Part shown: one piece after another, positions 21,548 to 28,629 of the stretch
Numbering within the stretch: the first letter of the stretch is position 1
Layout of the letters: the number at the start of each line of letters is the position of its first letter
Origin: an uncultured Bacteroidia bacterium
GTDB taxonomy: Bacteria; Bacteroidota; Bacteroidia; Bacteroidales; Prolixibacteraceae
Assembly: GCA_903927965.1 (NCBI GenBank)
Contig: CAIYPA010000299.1
Span: forward strand, 2,975-66,974
DNA: 64,000 bases
Direction: 5' to 3'
Notes under the pieces: generated by a model
Database searches by the model: none
What the model was told of the DNA's origin: nothing
Seen by the model: only the letters and a program-made list of their open reading frames with translations
Program-made: the position numbers and the translations under genes

Positions 21548-22756
21548 TTATAGTTTCTCCATCTTCAAAAATTCGCGTAAATGAAGATGGTGGATTCCCT
21601 TGTAGTTGCTGCTACTATTGAAAGTGTCCATTGTAACAACATATTTAGGGAAGTTATTATCAATTTTCAAAAGATTGCCAAATTCCCGTTCGTGGGTTTT
21701 TTCATCTAAAATCAGATAGGCAACCTGTACATAAACTTTAAGGCCATCTCTAATACCCACAAAATCAATCTCAAGGTTATTCAGTTTTCCCACATATACC
21801 TCGTAACCTAATATCCGCAGATGCTGATAAACAGCATTCTCCATCAATTTATGAGTGTCTCGTCCAAAATCAAGACGTTGCATGCAGTTCCGAAGTCCCA
21901 AATCCTCGAAGTAATATTTCTCGCCAACCTCAAACTTTTTCAAACCCTGAACATCGAGCCGTCTCGTTTTATTGATAATATAGGCGTTGCTTAATGCTTT
22001 TAAATAGTTGATAATTACACTGGTTGAAATATCTATGCGTTGAGATTTCAGGAACTTATGGATATTAGTTGCCGAGAAAAGGTTGCCTACATTGTCTGAC
22101 AGGTAATCAACAAGAGTCTCCAGAAAATCAACATTCCGAATACCTTCGCGGCTCACAACATCTTTGAGCAGAATTGTTGAATAAACATTCTTCAGGTATT
22201 CAAACGCCATTTCATCATTGAGTGCCAAACGCGACAAATAGGGCAAGCCACCATAGGTAAGAAATAGCTTTAAAGAATTATCCTCATCGGGCAACGAATG
22301 AAAATACAGGAACTCAGTGTAACTTAAACTATGAATCCGAAATTCGATATAACGTCCTGAAAGATAGGTTGACAATTCACTCGACAGCATTTTTGCGTTA
22401 CTCCCGGTACAAAATATATCACAACTTTCAGCCGACTGCAAGCTCCTTAAAACATGCTCAAAACCATTTATATCCTGAATCTCATCGATAAAGAGGTAAT
22501 TATCTTTCCCTGATTCAATTTTATCTTTAAGATAGGCAAATAGCTCTGCTTCACCTCTGATAAAACGAAATTCCTCCTGTTCCTTGTTGATGTAAACGAT
22601 GTTGGCATTGGGATTGCTCGTCTCAATTTCCTGCATAAGTTGCAAAAGCAGATAGCTTTTCCCTACCCGCCGCTGACCTGTAAGCACTTTTATAATTCCT
22701 TTCCCGATAAAAGATTTGATGCGATTACTATAATAGGACCTGTTTAATATTTCCAT
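21548..22756 (-). CDS. AAA ATPase with DUF4143-type C-terminal domain, paralogue 2
   Basis: 402 aa. Walker A GQRRVGKS and Walker B LFIDEIQ. Overall collinear with paralogue 1. Confidence 0.8.
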   Translation of the reverse strand: MEILNRSYYSNRIKSFIGKGIIKVLTGQRRVGKSYLLLQLMQEIETSNPNANIVYINKEQEEFRFIRGEAELFAYLKDKIESGKDNYLFIDEIQDINGFEHVLRSLQSAESCDIFCTGSNAKMLSSELSTYLSGRYIEFRIHSLSYTEFLYFHSLPDEDNSLKLFLTYGGLPYLSRLALNDEMAFEYLKNVYSTILLKDVVSREGIRNVDFLETLVDYLSDNVGNLFSATNIHKFLKSQRIDISTSVIINYLKALSNAYIINKTRRLDVQGLKKFEVGEKYYFEDLGLRNCMQRLDFGRDTHKLMENAVYQHLRILGYEVYVGKLNNLEIDFVGIRDGLKVYVQVAYLILDEKTHEREFGNLLKIDNNFPKYVVTMDTFNSSSNYKGIHHLHLREFLKMEKL

Positions 22757-22902
22757 ATTTTATACTTTTCAAACAGTACAAATATACAATATTTATTAAG
22801 TATAAACTTCAAAATAAAGATGCTATCAACTTATGGAGGTTATAACTCACAGAATTAAAATGAAAATATGAATTTCCAGTATTACTCAGGAAGATTTTTA
22901 AT

Positions 22903-23026
22903 GCAAAAACTCCCTCTCCGTTTACGGCAAAGGGGGCAAAGAAAAACAAAACGAACCTTTATTAAAACACTAACCATTCTCTTTTTATTGAACAAGCTTC
23001 GTGATGCTCCAAAATGGTTTCTTTTT
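22903..23026. repeat. Island boundary repeat, copy A (right two-thirds of the unit)
   Basis: Contains the GC hairpin ctccctctccgtttacggcaaaggggg, an A-rich tract, and ttattgaacaagcttcgtgatgctccaaaatggtttc. It aligns by eye with copies B and D. Confidence 0.75.
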
Positions 23027-23190
23027 CTTCTTTGCTCAATCCTTTGATCCATACTACCTATTACTTGAAAAGTAATTGTTCAGTAGCCGTCAGAGGACAG
23101 TCGTCAGGTCTGGCAGGATAAGTGCAACAATACACAAAACCAATTCCTTGAAACAAACTTTATAATACTGATTATGTAATAGTTATCCTG

Positions 23191-24459
23191 CTAATTTCTT
23201 AGGCAACCGATAGGAACTACCAAAACACAATCATTACGACGATAAGCATATTGACCTCCGGTTAATACCATTAAGAAAGAAGCTTGTCCCATTTTATCTT
23301 CATCAATTTTTGCTTTTAGTACCAATAAATTTTGAGCAGCTTCCTCTATCTGCTTATTCCCTAATTTTACCTCTATGGCTGCCCACCGACCATCTCTTAA
23401 TCTAACAATCAAATCGGATTCTAATCCAGTTTTATCGCGGTAATGAAACACATCACCATCTATCATTTGCGCATAAATACGAATATCCCTTGTGCACAAG
23501 GCTTCAAACAAAAACCCCAAAGTCTTAAAGTCATTCAACAAACCCTCAGGGTTTGTTCGCAAAACTGCTGTAGCAATAGAAGGATCAACAAAATGCCGCT
23601 TTGGTGAAGTGCGAATTGCTGTTTTGGAACGCATTGACGGCAACCAGGCAGGCAAATCTTCTACCACAAAAATTCTTCGCAATGCATTTAGATAAGAACT
23701 GATTGTTTTATCAGAAATTGAAATGTCTGTTGCTTCAATATCATTTTTAATGGTCTGTATCGAAGCCATTGTAGCTACATTTCTAGCCAGAGATCGCAAC
23801 AATAACCGAACTCTTTCGGGATTTTTTTCCACTTCATCAACTCGTGACACATCATGATTGATCACTGCCTCAACATAATCCCTTGACATGCGTAAGGCAG
23901 ACGCCTCATTTTTCCTGATGCTGGCAGGCCAACCACCTCTGCATAAAGCAAAAGCTATTTTTTCTATAGACAATTCGGACATTGCCTCAATAGTCAGATT
24001 TCCACCAAATAGGTCACCCAAAGATACCGTGCCATTCGATTCATGGGATTCAAACAGACTCATAGGACGCATCAACATCCGGGAAAACCGTCCCGTACCT
24101 GTATGAGCAGTTACATTATCTACAGGTACTGCAGAGCCTGTCAAAATAAACTGACCGGTATCTCCTCTTTTATCTACTTCAAATCTGACCGCATCCCACA
24201 AAACCGGAGCCATTTGCCACTCATCAATTAATCTTGGAGTTTCACCTTTGAGTAACAATGAAGGCTTTGTATCTGCCATTGCCTGGTAGGAGGAGGTATT
24301 ATCAGGATCTTGCATATACAAGATGCTCTTTGCGGCATTTGAGGCAGTACGAGTTTTTCCGCACCATTTGGCTCCCTCGATCAAAACAGCCCCTGAAGAT
24401 TGCAATGCCATTTGTAATTCCTGATCGCACAAGCGTAATAAATAAGACCTTTCATTCAT
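23191..24459 (-). CDS. AAA ATPase with DUF4143-type C-terminal domain, divergent paralogue 3
   Basis: Walker A GAKWCGKT and Walker B RLIDEWQ. I preferred the ATG at 24459 (MNERSYLL...); the track ORF extends to 24513. Confidence 0.75.
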   Translation of the reverse strand: MNERSYLLRLCDQELQMALQSSGAVLIEGAKWCGKTRTASNAAKSILYMQDPDNTSSYQAMADTKPSLLLKGETPRLIDEWQMAPVLWDAVRFEVDKRGDTGQFILTGSAVPVDNVTAHTGTGRFSRMLMRPMSLFESHESNGTVSLGDLFGGNLTIEAMSELSIEKIAFALCRGGWPASIRKNEASALRMSRDYVEAVINHDVSRVDEVEKNPERVRLLLRSLARNVATMASIQTIKNDIEATDISISDKTISSYLNALRRIFVVEDLPAWLPSMRSKTAIRTSPKRHFVDPSIATAVLRTNPEGLLNDFKTLGFLFEALCTRDIRIYAQMIDGDVFHYRDKTGLESDLIVRLRDGRWAAIEVKLGNKQIEEAAQNLLVLKAKIDEDKMGQASFLMVLTGGQYAYRRNDCVLVVPIGCLRN

Positions 24460-24519
24460 AATTAATGTAGTACTAATTCTATGCAAATATAGGTGAAGTT
24501 TCATAGTTTCCAATTTAAA

Positions 24520-24578
24520 CTTCCTGATTTGGCTATATTTTACTTCCTGATTTGGCTATATTTTATTTCCTGATTTAG
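24520..24578. repeat. Tandem direct repeat, 23-bp unit in about 2.5 copies
   Basis: cttcctgatttggctatatttta occurs perfectly at 24520-24542 and 24543-24565. A partial third unit tttcctgatttag follows. It lies just upstream of the paralogue-3 start. Confidence 0.9.
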
Positions 24579-24648
24579 AAAACCTCACTAAGATTATCCA
24601 AGGGCTGCTATTTTACTCTATTTGTATTGAATTTCAGACTATTATGAC

Positions 24649-24945
24649 GATATTTGAATACCTGTTATAAATTGATCCTGTTTTGGAAACCCACCCGAAT
24701 TATTATTACGAAAACCCCCATCGCCGTTTCGGGCAAAGGGAGCAAAAAAAACAAAACTAATTTTTATTAGAACAATAACCAATATCTTCTAATCGAACAA
24801 GCTTTGTGATGCTCCAAAATGATTTCCATTTCTGCTTGCTTATGGTTGCTTTGAAAGGATTTGTTTATGAAAATAATTAGCTTAATAGGTTACGCCCTTT
24901 AAATCCGAAAATTTGCATCATGAAGGCTGAGGCTACCACATTTCA
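24649..24945. repeat. Island boundary repeat, copy B (full unit ~300 bp)
   Basis: Aligns by eye with copy D over about 190 bp at roughly 80% identity. Shared blocks are ttgaatac..tgatcctgttttggaaac, the hairpin cccccatcgccgtttcgggcaaaggga, and aacaagctttgtgatgctccaaaat. Weaker similarity continues through ...gaaaatttgcatcatgaaggctgagg...tttca. Confidence 0.8.
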
Positions 24946-24994
24946 AAAAACTGCGTATATTTGTATATTATAATGTACATTAAAACCTACTAAT

Positions 24995-25222
24995 ATGTTA
25001 GTAATTAGTTCGGCGGAATTGCGCAACAATATGAAAAAATACCTCGATCTTGCCAAAGATGAAACGGTGGTCATACAACGGGGTAGAACCAAAACCTTTG
25101 TTTTATCAAGACAAGAAAGGTTGTCACTTGATGCCAACCTTGCCAATGCCGTTACTGCGGAAGAATTACTGATTGGAATAGAAGAGGACATTAAGAAAAT
25201 GTTCAGTAGAAAGCTAAAATAA
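24995..25222 (+). CDS. Phd/YefM-like type II antitoxin, apparently orphan
   Basis: 75 aa. The N-terminus MLVISSAELRNNMKKYLDLAKDETVVIQRGR fits the Phd/YefM pattern. No credible toxin ORF follows. Confidence 0.6.
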   Translation: MLVISSAELRNNMKKYLDLAKDETVVIQRGRTKTFVLSRQERLSLDANLANAVTAEELLIGIEEDIKKMFSRKLK

Positions 25223-25335
25223 TGAAAGTGGTATGTATTTTTTACTATCTACTCTGTCAACGGGGAGGATGTGTATCTGGTGCAATACCTTAGTAATAAC
25301 CGTGTTATTTCTAAATATTTATAACCTGCCAAATA

Positions 25336-25395
25336 GCAAAACCCCCTCGCCTTTTCCGGCAAGGGGGCGAATAAACAAAACAACAAATCGACTGG
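25336..25395. repeat. Island boundary repeat, copy C (hairpin core only)
   Basis: gcaaaaccccctcgccttttccggcaagggggcgaataaacaaaac matches the hairpin plus A-rich core of copies A, B and D. Confidence 0.7.
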
Positions 25396-25524
25396 CTTGT
25401 TTTTACAATAAAAAAACTCCAATTCCAAAATGAATTGCTGTTATTCCTCATTTTTAATTTATGTATATTTGCTCGACAATAGTCATTTTAAATAGATCCG
25501 AGTTTTTAAAATAAATTCAGAATT

Positions 25525-25755
25525 ATGAGGCTGCAATATATTTCAGACAGTAAAGGGCAAACAACTGGCGTATTTATACCAATTAAGGAATGGAACGAGC
25601 TGAAAAGCAAATTCAAAGGCATTGAAATCGATGAAATTGACATACCATACTGGCATAAAGAAACAGTAAGAAAACGCTTGGCTGAATATGAGAATAATCC
25701 GAACGATGTTTTAGATTTTGATATTGCGATGATGGATATTGAAAAAGAATTGTAA
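25525..25755 (+). CDS. Putative addiction-module antitoxin component (partner of ParE/RelE toxin)
   Basis: 76 aa. IPYWHKETVRKRLAEYENNPNDVLDFD is typical of the small addiction-module-component family. Its stop overlaps the toxin ATG (taATG). Confidence 0.75.
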   Translation: MRLQYISDSKGQTTGVFIPIKEWNELKSKFKGIEIDEIDIPYWHKETVRKRLAEYENNPNDVLDFDIAMMDIEKEL

Positions 25756-26051
25756 TGTATAAGTCAATTATCCTTCCTCCTGCCAAAGAAGATATCCGAG
25801 ACGCTGCTTTATGGTACGATGAAAAACAGAAAGGACTCGGGAAAAGGTTTATAAATCAGGTTCGTGAAAAAGTGTATTTTATAAAACAAAATCCCCAAAC
25901 TGGAAGCGTACGCTATGACAATGTGAGAACGATGGTTCTGAATGTTTTCCCATTTATGATGCACTATACCATAAATGAAGATAGCGAAACCATAATTATT
26001 TCTGCAGTGTTGCACACAAGCCGCAACCCGGAAATATGGTCGGAGAGATGA
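25755..26051 (+). CDS. RelE/ParE-family type II toxin
   Basis: 98 aa. The A..DI..A..WY......GLG.RF pattern and C-terminal HTSRNP are typical of ParE-like toxins. It is translationally coupled to the upstream antitoxin. Confidence 0.8.
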   Translation: MYKSIILPPAKEDIRDAALWYDEKQKGLGKRFINQVREKVYFIKQNPQTGSVRYDNVRTMVLNVFPFMMHYTINEDSETIIISAVLHTSRNPEIWSER

Positions 26052-26095
26052 ACATCTTCCAGAATCAAAATATTACCATTGAAAACCAGTAAAAA

Positions 26096-26392
26096 TGATT
26101 TTTGAATACTTGTTTTAATTTGATCCTGTTTTGGAAACGTACCCTAATTACCATGACGAAAACCCCCTCGCCGTTTCCGGCAAAGGGGGCGAAAAAAACA
26201 AACACACCTAAACTAAAACAATAACCACTATCTATTTATTGAACAAGCTTTGTGATGCTCCAAAATCATTTCTTTCATTTCCATTCAATAGTTTAATATT
26301 GAATATTTTAGCATTATAGTTAATTCGCCTAAAAAGGATTAAGAATATAAAACTGAAAATTGGTGCATGGAAGCTGAGATTATAAAATTTCA
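26096..26392. repeat. Island boundary repeat, copy D (full unit ~300 bp)
   Basis: See copy B. It contains the hairpin ccccctcgccgtttccggcaaaggggg, which on the minus strand is followed by ttttcg (terminator-like). It lies downstream of the minus-strand Clp_N-like gene. Confidence 0.8.
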
Positions 26393-26394
26393 TA

Positions 26395-26883
26395 TTAATT
26401 GATTCTGTAGCGCGAAAACAGGATATCCGATTTGAATTGGTTCATGTCAATATTGAAGGCCGAAAACAGTTTTTTTGAACAGGATGAATTCCATCCAATC
26501 ATCGAATAGAACAAATGCCTTATTTTTAATTCCTGGTTTGCATAGATCGCCGCATTCTCGAATATGCTTTTACATTCTGCGCTTCTATGGATGACCTTAT
26601 CTTCGGGAATTCCGTTTCCCATGGGCAGTAAATCCCGCAAGGCCCTTCTGAATTTGACAATATTTATCCCAAAAGTATTTAACCGGTTATAGAAGTCGTC
26701 TTTTTCTTCGACGAAATTCCTTTGTTGCTGTTCCGAAAGGTTCATTTTGGCCAGGTTCACCTTATCAAGTGAAAGTATCCCCAACATTATATGGTCAACC
26801 TCAATAAAGGGCAATTTTTTATTGGCTGCTTCGTAACAGCTAATTTGCCAGGCAAGTTGCACTGCTGTTGAATAATTGTTCAT
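26395..26883 (-). CDS. Stand-alone Clp N-terminal (Clp_R repeat)-like domain protein
   Basis: 162 aa. Two helical repeats resemble the ClpA/ClpB N-domain: AVQLAWQISCYEAANKKLPFIEVDHIMLGILS and ECKSIFENAAIYANQELKIRHLFYSMI. No AAA module is present. Confidence 0.5.
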   Translation of the reverse strand: MNNYSTAVQLAWQISCYEAANKKLPFIEVDHIMLGILSLDKVNLAKMNLSEQQQRNFVEEKDDFYNRLNTFGINIVKFRRALRDLLPMGNGIPEDKVIHRSAECKSIFENAAIYANQELKIRHLFYSMIGWNSSCSKKLFSAFNIDMNQFKSDILFSRYRIN

Positions 26884-27033
26884 TATGCTTTTATTATCAT
26901 TAAACTAATATTGAAATATTTAACCATAAACCTGTTTCGTTCGCTACCCGCTTCATTATGGATTCCGCCACCAAGTTTCAAAAGTCGTTGAAGGCTAACT
27001 AATTGTATTATAAGAACATACCCCCTCATGTCT

Positions 27034-27221
27034 TGTCATTGCGAGGTTTGCTACATAATACATTGTTAATCTGCATATTACCATGCAAACCGTGGCAATC
27101 CCAACCTAAGAAGCACTGTGCCAGAAACATTGTTCTGGAAGGTGCTTCAAACATGGGATTGCCACACTCGCATTTAAATTCTGCAAACCATTAAAAATCA
27201 ATACGCTCGTTCGCAATGACA
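27034..27221. repeat. MITE/REP-like structured element, copy 1
   Basis: Perfect 10-bp terminal inverted repeat, tgtcattgcg (27034-27043) and cgcaatgaca (27212-27221). These enclose a 74-nt nested hairpin at 27092-27165: gtggcaatccca/tgggattgccac, gaagcac/gtgcttc and ccagaa/ttctgg. Confidence 0.75.
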
Positions 27222-27339
27222 ATTCCGTGGGGGAAGATCGACCTAACGAAAACGGTGCTAACAATTTTGAGTGCGCCTCAAAGTTTTAAAAGTTGCATGA
27301 AGATACCAAACAACATAACGCACTTTCACTCTTAGGACC

Positions 27340-27470
27340 TGTCATTGCGCGGAGTGCGGAACTGGACTAAATTTGAAAGATTATCATTTGCACTCCAAAG
27401 CAATCCCATCTTAGTGGCACCGTGCCAAAAACAATGTTCTGGAAAGTTCTTCAAACATGGGATTGCCACA
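27340..27470. repeat. MITE/REP-like structured element, copy 2 (right end degenerate)
   Basis: Begins with the same tgtcattgcg. It contains agcaatccca...ccaaaaacaatgttctgg...tgggattgcc, collinear with copy 1. The flanking caaagttttaaaagttgcatgaag parallels caagtttcaaaagtcgttgaagg found before copy 1. Confidence 0.65.
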
Positions 27471-27561
27471 TTAACCATTTTGAAACTGCCAACAATTTTG
27501 TTTGCACCATCACCATCCCGGCACCATCAACAGTCTGAACCGAAGATCAGCGAAGCTAAAG

Positions 27562-27636
27562 CCTAACCCAACGGCAACGCCTTGGAAAAACATGAAACCC
27601 TAACCCAATGGCAACGCATTGTAAAACAATAGCGAC
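27562..27636. repeat. Imperfect tandem repeat, two copies of ~36 bp
   Basis: cctaacccaacggcaacgccttggaaaaaca... is followed by cctaacccaatggcaacgcattgtaaaacaa... Confidence 0.7.
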
Positions 27637-27735
27637 CCGCTACTATTTGCATCCAGAAAGGACAGCCTAATCCCCAAAAATATTTTCGCACCTACTGCGT
27701 TCGGTTTAAAAAAGCTAAGGGTAAGATTGTAAAAT

Positions 27736-28590
27736 CTAAAGAGCCTTGGCGCACCGGAAACCGTAGTAGTCGTTGTGGCCACCCGGTAAGTTGAGGCGGT
27801 TGGCAGTGCGGAAGGAGTAGTGGTCAAAGTCGTTCCACGAGCCGCCACGCAAAACACGCGAACTACCAGTTGAAGGACCTTGAGGATTGTTTTGCGGCGA
27901 ATTGGCATAATAATCAGCACCGTACCAATCGTTGCACCACTCCCATACATTGCCGGTCATATCGTACAAACCAAGTGAATTGGGTTGCTTTGTCCCAACA
28001 GGATGTGTTTTACTTTCGCTATTTGCACCGTACCATGCATATTTGCCAAGATTTTTTTCATCATTCGTACCGGACCATTTTGTTTTTTTTGTTGCCGGAC
28101 CAAAGGAGGCTGAATATTCCCACTCGGCTTCTGTTGGCAACCGGCAACCGACCCATTTTGCAAAGGCATTTGCATCTTCCCATGACACATTGATTACAGG
28201 ATGATTTCCCCTACCCCAACCCTCATCACCAGGTTTTTCCCTTCCGGTGGCAACACAAAAAAAATCGTATTGTTCAAATGTTACCTCGTATTTACCCATC
28301 TTAAAGGCACTCAAAGTTACCTGATGCATGGTTTCGTTTTTCCCCCTATTCTTTTCATTTTCTGGGCTACCCATTGAAAACGTTCCTGCCGGGATGTCTG
28401 CCCATTGAAATGTGGATAACAACTTGTCTTTAATGGACTGTTCTTTTGCTTTTGCCGATGCTTGTGCATTATTTGCCTCTGCCTTGGCTTTCTCTTCTGC
28501 CTTAACTTGCACCTTAAAGTACACTATATAAGCAACATTGGCAATAAGCCATAAGCACAAGTAAATCAATATTTTATTTTTCTTGCTCAT
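27736..28590 (-). CDS. Membrane-anchored FGE-sulfatase (SUMF1/EgtB/PvdO-like) domain protein
   Basis: 284 aa. N-terminal MSKKNK plus TM helix ILIYLCLWLIANVAYIVYF, then a Lys/Ala-rich coiled segment. The FGE-sulfatase domain motifs are PVINVSWEDA, GLYDMTGNVWEWCNDWY, RVLRGGSW and GFRC. Confidence 0.85.
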   Translation of the reverse strand: MSKKNKILIYLCLWLIANVAYIVYFKVQVKAEEKAKAEANNAQASAKAKEQSIKDKLLSTFQWADIPAGTFSMGSPENEKNRGKNETMHQVTLSAFKMGKYEVTFEQYDFFCVATGREKPGDEGWGRGNHPVINVSWEDANAFAKWVGCRLPTEAEWEYSASFGPATKKTKWSGTNDEKNLGKYAWYGANSESKTHPVGTKQPNSLGLYDMTGNVWEWCNDWYGADYYANSPQNNPQGPSTGSSRVLRGGSWNDFDHYSFRTANRLNLPGGHNDYYGFRCAKAL

Positions 28591-28629
28591 ATCTTGACAT
28601 TTAAAAATTAGTATTGCTTTCTTGAGGAA

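Noticed and set aside
24520-24578. Possible CRISPR array, given the perfect short direct repeats.
   Set aside because: The 23-bp units are directly adjacent with no spacers, there are only about 2.5 units, and no cas genes are in the window. It is a simple tandem repeat.
25233-25433. A 66-aa ORF downstream of the Phd-like antitoxin, as the missing toxin.
   Set aside because: The translation is low-complexity and hydrophobic with no toxin-family motifs. A large part of the ORF is boundary-repeat copy C (hairpin plus A-rich tract).
21487-26392. Integron-like cassette array, with the boundary repeats acting as attC sites.
   Set aside because: No integron integrase or attI is present in the window. 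The flanked genes are in mixed orientation. The repeats are far longer than typical attC sites (up to ~300 bp), and I could not see R/L core boxes (GTTRRRY). I kept it as an unexplained repeat family rather than calling it an integron.
27600-27950. A 116-aa minus-strand ORF, plus small plus-strand ORFs (27003..27194 and 27345..27566) in and around the repeat-rich spacer.
   Set aside because: The first overlaps the 3' end of the FGE-domain gene in another frame and is Thr/Ala/Arg-rich. The others are translations of the palindromic repeat elements.
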